Source: Ranitomeya imitator | Lineage: Eukaryota | Assembly: GCF_032444005.1 (NCBI RefSeq) | Contig: NC_091285.1 | Coordinates: forward strand, 620,310,001 to 620,374,000 | DNA: 64,000 bases | Direction: 5' to 3' | Shown here: in pieces, positions 1 through 61,739 of the stretch | Position numbering within the stretch: the first letter of the stretch is position 1 | Layout of the letters: the number at the start of each line of letters is the position of its first letter | Position numbers and translations under genes: made by a program | Notes under the pieces: model-generated | What the model saw: only the letters and a program-made list of their open reading frames with translations | Database searches by the model: none | Told to the model about the DNA's origin: nothing

Positions 1-529
1 GACCGTACGGAGGACTACCTTGTTCTGGTGAAAAGCCAGTAAGGGCCGTCTGCAGAAGAGTGCTGTCAGTTCAGACACCCTGCGTAGCGAGGTGATTGCC
101 AGCAGGAAAAACCACCTTATGGGATAGAATGCGGAGCGGGACCTCCTTAAGGGGTTTGAAGGGTGGTTCCTGCAATGCTGTCAGGACCAGGTTGAGGTCC
201 CACGTTTTTAGTGGTCGTCTGTAGGGGGGAACCAATCGGGAAACCGCCTGAAGAAAAGTCCTTACTTGCGACTTGGTAGCAATGCGCCTTTGATAAAGCA
301 CTGAGAGGGCTGACACCTGGCTCTTAAGCGAGCCAAGGGACAGCCTGGCCTCCAGACCCGATTGGAGAAAAACCAAGTAGTTTGGGTAAGGAATAAGGGA
401 GTGGAGTCTGGCCACGAGATTCGCACCAGGTAAAGAAAGCTTTTCAGGTACGGTAATAGATCTTGGCAGAGGCTGGCTTCCGTGCCCTGATCATGGTTCC
501 AATGACGTCCGTCGAGAGCCCTGCCTGGG

Positions 530-895
530 CTAGAACCTAGGTCTCAAGGGGCACGCCGTCAAATTGAGAGCCCCTGAGTTCTGATGGTAGAACGGGCCTT
601 GTGATAGAAGATCTGGGCGGTCAGGGAGGCGCCAGGGGGCGTCTGCTGAAAGTTGTACGACGTCAGCGTACCATGTACGTCTGGGCCAGACCCGTGCGAT
701 TAAGATGGTTGGAACTCCATCTTGCTTGATTTTCCTCACCACTCTGGATATCAGGGGGAGAGGTGGAAAAATGTACAGAAGCTGGAACTGGGTCCAGTCC
801 TGAACCAGAGTGTCTGCTCCGAGCGACCGCAGATTGTGTGTTCTAGCCATGAAGTTGGAGACCTTGGCATTGAAGTGGGATGCCATTAGGTCCAC
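530..895 (-). pseudogene. DIRS pol C-terminal DNA N6-adenine methyltransferase-like domain (copy A)
   Basis: DLMAS..NAK...LYIFPPLPLISRVVRKIK..ILIARVWPRRTWY motif typical of the DIRS MT domain. Confidence 0.75.
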
Positions 896-1620
896 ATCTG
901 ATGTCAGATCTGGCGAAAAATTTCAGGATGGAGAGACCACTGTCCCGAATCTATTCCTTGTCGTCTGAGGGAGACTGCTTCCCAGTTGTCAACATCCGGA
1001 ATGTGGACCGCCGAGAGAACCGAGCCTGTGTCCTCCACCTAGTGGAGGATGTGCGACACTTCTCGCATCGCCTGGGTACTGCGGGTCCCCCCTTGGTGAT
1101 TCAGATATGCCACAGTCGTGGCATTGTCCGATTGTATTCTGATGTGAGAGGCTGCCAGTAAGTGATGGAAGGCCCTCAATGCCAGGAGGATGGCACGAAT
1201 TTCCAGGATGTTGATGGGCATGGTCGCTTCCACTGGGGACCACTTGCCCTGTGTTGTAGGTGCACTGCACCCCAACCCGTCAGGCTAGCATCGGTGGTCA
1301 GAACCTTCCATTGACCTGTGAGAAAGGATTTCCCCTTTGCTAGCAAGGTTGGCTTGAGCAACCAGTGCAGGGACCTCCTGGTTGACGACATTAGCTGGAA
1401 TTCCCTGTTGAGAGGGAACAGGATTCCTATCCCAGGACTTGAGAATGGCTAGTTGGAGAGGCCTGAGGTGAAACTGGGCCAAATGGGACCGCTTCTATTG
1501 CTGCCCCCATCCTGCCAGGGACTCTCATGGCAGACCGGAGAGAGAGGAGGATGCGAACTCCTCGGTGGAGAGCCAGTGCCTTGTCCCTGGGAGAGGGCAC
1601 TAGACCCCTGGAGGTCTTGT

Positions 1621-2256
1621 CTAGTCGTTTGTGACTGAGACGCTGAGCTCGCAGTCCTTGAAGGTGGGAGCCTTGATGAGTAGATCGTCCGGGTATGGAA
1701 CGACTACTATGCCTCTGGAGTGCAGGACGTCCATGGTGGCTGCCATGACCTTGGTAAACACTCTGGGAGCCGTGGCGACTCCGAACGGGAGAGCCACGAA
1801 CTGGTAGTGCTCCTGGTCGATTGCGAACCTGAGAAACCTCTGATGGGGAGGTGCAATCGGTATATGCAGGTATGCGTCTTGTATGTCTATGGAGGCGAGA
1901 TATTCTCCCTTCTCCATGGACGCAATGATGGACCGAAGAGACTCCATGCGGAAGCGACGGACCCGTACATATTTGTTGAGTTGTTTTAGGTCCAATATGG
2001 GCCACACACTGCCTCCTTTCTTGGGGACTATGAATAGATTGGAGTAGAACCCTAGGAAGCGCTCGGCCATGGGGAAAGGTACTATGACTCCTGCTTGAAG
2101 AAGCGAGGAAACCGCTTGGTGGAAGGCACGAGCCTTGGCTGACGGTTTTGGGGGGGGGGGGGGGGGGGTCGGGGGCCGAGAGGAAGAATCGGTTCGTGGT
2201 TGGAAGTTGAACACTATCTTGTATTGTATCCGGAAGACACTAGTTCCCCGATCCAC
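1621..2256 (-). pseudogene. DIRS reverse transcriptase fragment (copy A)
   Basis: LFIVPKKGG...ILDLKQLN...IDIQDAYLHIPI...LPFG...VPYPDDLLI. Confidence 0.88.
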
Positions 2257-5200
2257 CTGTCTTCAGTAGTAGGCATCCAGACTTGCTGAAAGGAGCAAAG
2301 TCGCCTACGGGTGGGATGTCTTCCGGGGTCCATGAGTCATGAGGAGGAAAAAGTCTGAGGTTTTCCTCCTTTGGGCTTTGACTGGCCTGCTTTTAACTGC
2401 CAGGTCTTGTCCGACCTTTGCGTCGACCGTGAGTTGTCCCTGTGTGGGGAACGGTTGCGTGCTGGACGCGAGACGGACCAGCCCGAGGAATTCTGAAAGG
2501 ATCGGAATCGGGTTTGTTACACCTTTTGTAGGTGCGTATAGGTTTCAGTTGAGGGAGAGAAGTACTCTTACCCCCGGTGGGGTTGGATATCATTGTGTCC
2601 AAATTTTCACCGAAAAAAAAAAAAAAAGTCACCCACCGAGATACGGGAGGTGCGTAAGGGACTTCTTTGAGGCTGCGTCCGCTTTCCATTCCGCAGCCAG
2701 AGGATACGCCGAGTTGTAATGGCGTTTGATGCTATCCCCGCTACGCCCCTTGCTGAATCTAGAGCTGCATGAAGCATGTAATCTGCTACAAATGCCATTT
2801 GAACCGCTTGGTCCGACAGCTCAGGAGCAGATTCTTGGAGGCCAGCTTGTAAATTTTTGGCCCAAGCCAGGATGGCCTTGGCAGCCCAAACTGAAGCGAA
2901 CACGGGAGCCAGGGAGGCCCCTGCAGCCTCGAAAAATTGAACAAGCCATGCGTTCTACCTGCCGGTCTGCTGCGTCCCTGAGGATTGAGCTATCTGGCAG
3001 TGGAAAGAGGGTCTGTGCTGCTAGTCTAGAGACTGGAGGGTCCACTTCTGGTGGATCTGTCCATTCCTTGGTGTGGGAAAAGGTAGTCTGCCTCCAGATA
3101 TTTGCGATTAGCGAATTTTTTCTCAGGCTGTGAGAGCTGCTTTTTAAGGATCGCTTTAAACTCTGGGTGGTTAGAGAAAAACCTTAGGCGGCTTCAGAGG
3201 TCCTTCAAAGGGGATCTTGGGGCCTCTGGTGGCAGATTAGAAATGTCCAGCACCCGATGGATGGAAGAGATTATGTCCTCGACTAGCGTTGTATTGCTAG
3301 GGGGGATTGGGATCAGAGACCCTTCCGTTTCCCTGTCTGAGTCGGAGTCACAGATGCCTTCCGAATCCTGTGTATCACTGAGGCGTCCCCTGCTGGGTGA
3401 GCTGGGGAGGAAGCCTTCACTGGTCAGGGATTGCGGAGATCTGCATTGTCTACCCCTGGAAGGGAACAGTCTAGATGACCTGGAACTACGGTGTCTCTCC
3501 CTAGAAGGGGATGACCGTGCTATAGGATGACGCAGATGGGTCCGCTTGCGTCCTGACCTAGACATGGATGTGCCATGTCGTTCTGTTCCTGAGTCAAGCT
3601 CTCCCTTTGCTTGGTAACGGTCATAGCCGAGACATGACGCTGCAGAGCCTGAAGCAATGTGGAGGTTTGTTATCTATAGACTACGTCATAGATTGCGACC
3701 TCTGAGTGACCCATTCCGGCGTGGCATTAGACACCGAGGCATTGGCAGGGGCTTCTTGAGGCTCTGACGCAGTAGTCTGGATGCAGTCCTGACAGTGCAT
3801 ACGTGCTGCCACTGGGGAGAGCGGTCCTGCAGGCTGTGCAGAATGCATAATAGCAGTCCTGCCTGGTTCTCCTGGACCTTGAGCCCGGCATAGTGCACAG
3901 AGTGCAGAAGGGCTGCTGCAGGGGACCTTACAGGGGTAGGTACGTAAAAGGACCCTATAGGGGAGCCTTATAGGGAATATGGATTCACAGCCGAGTAAAA
4001 CAACCCAGCTGTGATCTTACCCCACCAGTTTGCCCCTAGGTCCAGCGCCGAAGTTCCACAGTCCTGTGCCCCCCGGAGACTGGCTAGTCTGGTCCTGGTC
4101 CTGCTGACCGGGAGATGCAGGGTTAATCCTTGCTGCAGTAGAAATGGGAGGAAAAGGCAGGGGGAGAAGGGGGCGGAGAGAAGAAAAAAAAGGTAGCAAA
4201 GCTGTGTAAAAACACGCCCTTTTTGTCTCGATCCACCCCCTCTATGACACTGTAGAGTGTCATATTTGTCATTCGGGATGGCGGGCCAGGGGGCGGAGAG
4301 GAGGCGGCGGCTTCAGCTAGGCCGAAGCTGGGGCCTAAATTAGATGCTCGACGCCCAGAAAGGCTCCAGACCGGCGCTGAAGTCCAGGGAGGGCTCGGAT
4401 CTGAACCGGACCCCCCCGGATTTAAAGGCAGGACAGCGGTGGGGCTAAAAGCGGAAAGGGGGGCCTGTGAGGGGTCCCCCAGAGGCAGTACAGAGCTGAT
4501 GCTGCCGCAGATACAGGGGCGCAGGGAGCCCTGTGTATGTATGTGCCATGCCTGCCTGCACTCCCCCCGGCCCCAACAGGAGCCCGCAGCTGGGCTGGGG
4601 TCCCTAGATGCAGGCGCAGTGTGCTGGCCCATTGCTGGGAGTTGCAGAGTGCTACCTGTACAGGCCCTACCTGAGGCGTCTCAACCTAATACCCCCAGAG
4701 GGGGAATAGGGAGGGTGCTGTTGTCACCTTCAGGGGGCTTTATCCTCGCCTCGACCTCAACCCATAAACCAAAAGGAATTGGGGAAGGAGGGGGGTCTCG
4801 ACTTCGAACCAGCACCCGAGGGACTGGGAAAGGAGCGACATGGGGAATAGCCATCTCTACTTCAACCGGGCACCCCATAATAGGGGGCCGAGGAAGGAGC
4901 CATGCCGGGAGTCTCGCAGGAGACCCACTTTTCTTCATCTGTAATCCGTCGGAAAAAAAACGGAGTAAAAAATCTTAGGTGTGCCTCCTATGCGACACTA
5001 AGCAAAAACTGGAGAAGGCCGACGCCATCCAGGGGTGTATACTGCAGAGGAGGAGCCACGGTTAATCTTTTTCAGATTATGCATAGTGTCGCCTCCTAGT
5101 GGACAGCAGCATAACACCCATGGTCCCATGTCCCCCAATGAGGCGACAGAGTAATATATCTGGCTGCCAGCAGTTTAAGCACCATGAATTAGGTGAGAGG

Positions 5201-5458
5201 GGTTTTAATTTTTCAAGGTCATGGACAGTTGGAGGCACAGTAATTTTTTCTTAAATGCATGTTTTTATTGCTGTATAAGATTTCATACAACTATTTACTT
5301 CGTTTGGCTCTTGCAGCTTCTATAAATTGTAGAAAACTCCCAGCAGAATGAGGTTCACAGTAAAATCTGTGGAAAAAAAAAAAAAAAAAAAAACTTGTGC
5401 AGGGTCATCTATCTGCTCTCCAAAACAGTATGACGATTCATGACCAAATCAAAGATCA

Positions 5459-55934
<50,476 letters not shown>

Positions 55935-56030
55935 GGCGACGCTGCCGGCCCGGTCTACACTTCACACACGGGACAAACAACGCGCTGCAGACGACACTTC
56001 CGCCCCACAACTTCCGCTTCCGGGTCGCGC
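55935..56030 (-). promoter_or_regulatory. SNRNP200 5' UTR and CpG-rich proximal promoter with tandem ETS/GABP-like sites
   Basis: ACTTCCGCTTCCGG (reverse complement CCGGAAGCGGAAGT) at 56010-56023 and ACTTCCGCCCC just upstream of the ATG. Confidence 0.55.
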
Positions 56031-56439
56031 AGTAACTCAGACAGCTGTTTTTTTTTTTTTTTTTGTTTTTTAATAAACTTTATTAGCACTTTATACACAA
56101 TTAAATTTTTTTTTTAATAAAACACAGGATGAATGAACAAGATATTCAAAGTCATAGATTACAAAATAACAAATCTGCAGTCACCAACAGTAGACCCGGC
56201 AATGGCGGTATACGCGTCCTGAGGTGGCGGTCATTATCAGAGCCCGACAAGGTGTGAACAGCCACATAACATATGTAGCTAACAGTACACTACATATCAA
56301 TATATCAAATATCAATTCTATTTAGAAACAGAAGCTTGAGCCGTGGGAATGTGAAACAGACGAGTGCGCATGTCACAGAAACTCCCGAATCCATGAGAAG
56401 AACGAGAACCGGGAAATGGGCATTTGCCCAAAAGAAACA

Positions 56440-56620
56440 TGGCGTAAATGGATCCAAGCCCCGCCCACACGTTCCAATCCTTTGCCTGCGTGCCCCTCCC
56501 ACCGATGTTGGCACACATTGGGCCGCCCCGAGCCGTTACCCGTGACGTCATCACGCTGGATGAAGGCGCGGAAATTTTGAAAGCGCAGCAGGACGGAAGC
56601 CGGGAAGCGCGGAGGTATGA
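56440..56620 (+). promoter_or_regulatory. divergent promoter: GC box, two CCAAT boxes, CRE, CDE/CHR tandem, possible first-exon donor
   Basis: CCAAT 56474-56478, ATTGG 56517-56521, TGACGTCA about 56543, CGCGG-aaat-TTTGAA 56567-56581, GAG|GTATGA at 56614/56615. Confidence 0.5.
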
Positions 56621-58722
56621 GGTGTTCTCACATAGGTGATATTCCGCTGGGGTTGCTGGGAGCAGTAGTCCCACACGGAGGCTTTTATGGGCCTGTCAGA
56701 GCCTCCTGTGTACGGCAGAACATTACTGCTGACCCCGGTGATGTCAGGAGGGCACCTGCAGGGGTGGCCTCTGTTGCTGGGGGCATATTCCTGGGCTGTG
56801 GTGTTTATGCCTTAAAGGGGTGTTCTCCCATGTCAGACATTGCTGTGGAGGTGGTGGTCCCGCCCCCATGGAGACCCCCACACACAGGTCTGTGGTAGTA
56901 ATGTCGCCCTTCATGCAGTGCCCCCTTCTTATATCCCTGTATTGTGCTGATCCTCTGAAGCTCCTACTTGAGATGGATGAATAATGTGACAACTGGGTGG
57001 GTTTATGCCTGGCCATTCAGCTGCCTTCGTAGAGACGCACCTCTCACTTAGAGGGAGGGGATGATAATTTATTCCTACATTCTGAGGAGTAGTAAGAAGA
57101 ACATCATAGCACCAGCAGTGCCCACAAGTTCTGTGTGTAGACCGCCCCCCCCCCCACCTCCAATTAAAGGGGGGACCTCGTCATCTTCATCACATGCTGT
57201 AGAAGTCAGGGAATAAAGGCCTAGAAATCTCACTCCTGTGTAGCTCTTCTTATGGCCGCAGTCTTGACCTACAGAGCGCCATGTGTGCAAGATCTCGGGA
57301 TGGGGAAAAACCGTGTCACAAACCTGAGCCTCCGCTGTCAATAAAAGGGAAAAAAAGTTATTGTAACAGATAGGAGCTGCTGACTAAACCATCCAGCAAC
57401 AATAGGGGATATAGCAGACAGGGAGTGGTTAGCTCTGCCCCAGGGGATAGTGGGAAAGTTATTATTGTGTCTGGGACATCCAAGAGGAAGGAGTGCTAGT
57501 CTCCCGACAGACAAATCAGACAAGCTGTATAGACCAGTTCTTCCACAGAAGCGATTGCTGTAATCAAAGAAGCAGTCAGGACAGCCATGAGCATCTTTAT
57601 TACCTCAAGATAGAAGTGAGAGAGCTACAGTACCGGACTCATCCCCCACCTCACTGCATGAGCAAGGTACAATTCTGCTTAGGCCTCTGTCTCCGGTACG
57701 TGTGGTGACAGTTTTCACACTGACACGTGGACACATTCAAGTGAATGGCTCTGTGCACATGTCAGTGTGTTTCCATGGTATGACAAGCGGTGGACACCGT
57801 GTCTGTTATTCTAAGCACCCTACTAGAACTGGATCATCTGCCTCATATACCTGGTAATATTCTGAGCCAGGGCACCTATATTTACCAGACTACCATATTT
57901 ATCTGTTATGGGGGATCCCCATAATTCCTGTAGTACATGCTTTTGGTACATTGAGGAAGGTCTATAGGACAGAAACGTCTGTAAATTGTATGTACTGGAC
58001 TACATTTAAAAAAAAATTAATTGCAACCTCTTTGGTGTGTGCCAAGTCTTCATTCACATAAGTGCGTTTCCACGGACATGTCCATTTCTTGACCTTCAGC
58101 ACGGGCCGCAAAACGGCCCTCACACGGACAACACACATTGATGTCATCCGTGTGACACACATCGGCACCGGGGAAGAAGCGCTACAGTAAGCTCTGTTCC
58201 CCGGCGGCAGGTGCTGAAGATGGCTGTCATCCTCCCCTGCGCTGCCGGTGATCGGCGCGAGTAGAGGAGAGAATGATGGGAAGAGCTGGGCAAAGCGCAG
58301 AATTGGCACATCTACTAGATGCGCCTTTTCTGGGCAGCTGCGGGCTCCTATTTTTAGGCTGGGAGGGCCTATATCCATGGCTCCTTACCAGCCTAAGAAT
58401 ACCATTCCCCAGCTGTGAGCTTTAAAAAATGAGGGGGACCACCACACCGTTTTTTTAAAATTATTTGTTTAAATAGTTAAATAAAACAGCGTGGGGACCT
58501 CTCTATTCTTGATATCCTACCTTGCAGAAGCTGACAGCTGAGAGTTTCTGCCCTCAGCTGTGAGTTTTACCTTTCATGGTTATAGAAAATAGGGGGGAAC
58601 CCATGCCGGGTTTTTGATTCATTTATTTCTTTATATCACAGGCGGCGGCTGCGGAATACCCCGATCATCCGCTCCTGCTGTCACTGTTATTAGTGGCAGC
58701 AGGTGTAGGTTGGTGGAAGTAA

Positions 58723-59450
58723 AGGTACCTTCACACTCAGCGACGCTGCAGCGATACCGACAACGATGTCGATCGCTGCAGCGTCGCTGGAGAGCCGTCA
58801 CACAGACAGCTCTCCAGCGACCAACGATCCCGAGGTCCCCGGGTAAACATCGGGTTATTAAGCGCAGGGCCGCGCTTAGTAACCCGATATTTACCCTGGT
58901 TACCAGCGTAAAAGTAAAAAAAACAAACACTACATACTTACCTACCGCTGTCTGTCCCCGGCGCTCTGCTTCTCTGCACTCCTCCTGCACTGGCTGTGAG
59001 CACAGCGGCCGGAAAGCAGAGCGGTGACGTCACCGCTCTGCTTTCCGGCTGACCGACGCTCACAGCCAGTGCAGGAGGAGTGCAGAGAAGCACAGCGCCG
59101 GGGACAGACAGCGGTAGGTAAGTATGTAGTGTTTGTTTTTTTTACTTTTACGCTGGTAACCAGGGTAAACATCGGGTTACTAAGCGCGGCCCTGCGCTTA
59201 GTAACCCGATGTTTACCCTGGTTACCAGTGAAGACATCGCTGGATTGGCGTCACACACGCCGATCCAGCGATGTCTGCGGGAGATCCAGCGACGAAATAA
59301 AGATCTGGACTTTCCTCAGCGACCAACGATCTCCCAGCAGGGGCCTGATCGTTGGTCGCTGTCACACAGAACGATTTCCTTAACGATATCGTTGCTACGT
59401 CACAAAAAGCAACGATATCGTTAACGATATCGTTATGTGTGAAGGTACCT
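58723..59450. mobile_element. Harbinger/PIF-type foldback MITE
   Basis: TAA TSD on both sides, TIR AGGTACCTTCACAC, long internal palindrome. Confidence 0.8.
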
Positions 59451-59500
59451 TAATAGTCCCAAAAGCCCCCACATGCTGTTATCGTTCAGACTTTAATATA

Positions 59501-61121
59501 CAGGTCCTTCTCAAAAAATTAGCATATAGTGTTAAATTTCATTATTTACCATAATGTAATGATTACAATTAAACTTTCATATATTATAGATTCATTATCC
59601 ACCAACTGAAATTTGTCAGGTCTTTTATTGTTTTAATACTGATGATTTTGGCATACAACTCCTGATAACCCAAAAAACCTGTCTCAATAAATTAGCATAT
59701 CAAGAAAAGGTTCTCTAAACGACCTATTACCCTAATCTTCTGAATCAACTGAATCAACTAATTAACTCTAAACACATGCAAAAGATACCTGAGGCTTTTA
59801 TAAACTCCCTGCCTGGTTCATTACTCAAAACCCCCATCATGGGTAAGACTAGCGACCTGACAGATGTCAAGAAGGCCATCATTGACACCCTCAAGCAAGA
59901 GGGTAAGACCCAGAAAGAAATTTCTCAACAAATAGGCTGTTCCCAGAGTGCTGTATCAAGGCACCTCAATGGTAAGTCTGTTGGAAGGAAACAATGTGGC
60001 AGAAAACGCTGTACAACGAGAAGAGGAGACCGGACCCTGAGGAAGATTGTGGAGAAGGACCGATTCCAGACCTTGGGGAACCTGAGGAAGCAGTGGACTG
60101 AGTCTGGTGTGGAAACATCCAGAGCCACCGTGCACAGGCGTGTGCAGGAAATGGGCTACAGGTGCCGCATTCCCCAGGTAATGCCACTTTTGAACCATAA
60201 ACAGCGGCAGAGGCGCCTGACCTGGGCTACAGAGAAGCAGCACTGGACTGTTGCTAAGTGGTCCCAAGTACTTTTTTCTGATGAAAGCAAATTTTGCATG
60301 TCATTCGGAAATCAAGGTGCCAGAGTCTGGAGGAAGACTGGGGAGAAGGAAATGCCAAAATGCCTGAAGTCCAGTGTCAAGTACCCACAGTCAGTGATGG
60401 TGTGGGGTGCCATGTCAGCTGCTGGTGTTGGTCCACTGTGTTTCATCAAGGGCAGGGTCAATGCAGCTAGCTATCAGGAGATTTTGGAGCACTTCATGCT
60501 TCCATCGGCTGAAATGCTTTATGGAGATGAAGATTTCATTTTTCAGCACGACCTGGCACCTGCTCACAGTGCCAAAACCACTGGTAAATGGTTTACTGAC
60601 CATGGTATTACTGTGCTCAATTGGCCTGCCAACTCTCCTGACCTGAACCCCATAGAGAATCTGTGGGATATTGTGAAGAGAAAGTTGAGAGACGCAAGAC
60701 CCAACACTCTGGATGAGCTTAAGGCCGCTATTGAAGCATCCTGGGCCTCCATAACATCTCAGCAGTGTCACAGGCTGATTGCCTCCATGCCACGCCGCAT
60801 TGAAGCAGTCATTTCTGCCAAAGGATTCCCGACCAAGTATTGAGTGCATAACTGAACATTATTATTTGTTGGTTTTTTTGTTTGTTATTAAAAAACACTT
60901 TTATTTGATTGGATGGGTGAAATATGCTAATTTATTGAGACAGGTTTTTTGGGTTATCAGGAGTTGTATGCCAAAATCATCAGTATTAAAACAATAAAAG
61001 ACCTGACAAATTTCAGTTGGTGGATAATGAATCTATAATATATGAAAGTTTAATTGTAATCATTACATTATGGTAAATAATGAAATGTAACACTATATGC
61101 TAATTTTTTGAGAAGGACCTG
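59501..61121 (+). mobile_element. full-length Tc1-family DNA transposon, IR/DR type (second family)
   Basis: TA flanks; 200-bp TIRs CAGGTCCTTCTCAAAAAATTAGCATAT with an inner AAATTAGCATAT repeat. Confidence 0.96.
59839..60843 (+). CDS. Tc1 transposase, 334 aa from MGKTSDL, intact DD34E
   Basis: [27 protein letters not shown]; no stops or frameshifts. Confidence 0.92.
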   Translation: MGKTSDLTDVKKAIIDTLKQEGKTQKEISQQIGCSQSAVSRHLNGKSVGRKQCGRKRCTTRRGDRTLRKIVEKDRFQTLGNLRKQWTESGVETSRATVHRRVQEMGYRCRIPQVMPLLNHKQRQRRLTWATEKQHWTVAKWSQVLFSDESKFCMSFGNQGARVWRKTGEKEMPKCLKSSVKYPQSVMVWGAMSAAGVGPLCFIKGRVNAASYQEILEHFMLPSAEMLYGDEDFIFQHDLAPAHSAKTTGKWFTDHGITVLNWPANSPDLNPIENLWDIVKRKLRDARPNTLDELKAAIEASWASITSQQCHRLIASMPRRIEAVISAKGFPTKY

Positions 61122-61739
61122 TAACTCTCATCATTCTCCTCTGCTCGTGCTGATCGCCGGCAGAGCTGGGGAGAATGATGAGAGCTTCTTCAGCACCCGC
61201 CGCCGGGGAACAGCGCTTACTGTAGCGCTTCTTCTCTGCTGACTGTCCTTGTGGTACTGATACGGCACATGGTTGCTACACATGTTACACACACTATACA
61301 CAGACACGGATATCTCCGGTACCGGAAATATCAGGACGTGTGAAAAAGGCCTTAGGTTAAGACACTGTGTGAAGACAAATTATCTGTAGAGACTTTCATA
61401 TACGTTGATGAAGCATTGCATGAAGAGAAGTGATTCTGTCTGATGGAAAGAAGCTTGAATAAATCCCCTGTGATCAACTACAGCTAAGAACTGTGTTCTA
61501 GCTGTGTGCCTGTAAACCATTCCCTCCTTTCTACTGTGAAGAATTATAATTAATGGCCGTCCTGAGTAAGATTTCCCCAGGATTCTAAAAAGAACTCGTG
61601 TTTCCTTTGTATCGCCCCCATATCCTGAGTGGCCTATATGCAACATTATGAATGCTGAAATGTTGGGAGGAAGAAACAAAATAAATAGCCGGTCATTAAG
61701 GGTTCGTCCACTATTCAGACGACCCCTTCTGAATCTCTA

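Larger units (their letters stand above)
1..5154 (-). mobile_element. DIRS1-like tyrosine-recombinase retrotransposon, copy A (degenerate; 3' end beyond left edge)
   Basis: 5' ITR about 4990-5154; frameshifted gag from about 3891; RT 1621-2256 with YPDD in place of YLDD; RNase H pieces 1039-1391; methyltransferase-like 530-895; YR from about 520 leftwards. Highly similar to copy B. Confidence 0.93.
58130..61350. mobile_element. older long-inverted-repeat element hosting the Harbinger MITE and the Tc1 (boundaries approximate)
   Basis: About 58170-58280 is a degenerate reverse complement of about 61125-61240. Confidence 0.45.

Noticed and set aside
1427-2005. 192-aa ORF overlapping the DIRS RT as a separate new gene
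   Set aside because: Overlapping frames over RT are a known DIRS trait (upstream part of the YR ORF) and this one is broken in both copies.
57550-57668. Candidate exon of the divergent gene (TTCTTCCACAG acceptor, AAG|GTACAA donor)
   Set aside because: No frame gives a recognisable protein and the splice signals are only moderate.
59776-59838. 21-aa N-terminal extension of the Tc1 transposase in the ORF track
   Set aside because: The Tc1-like N-terminus begins at MGKTSDL (59839); the upstream ATG is probably incidental.
61405-61443. Possible C/D box snoRNA (TGATGA...CTGA)
   Set aside because: Only about 39 nt between the boxes, with no terminal stem or recognisable guide.
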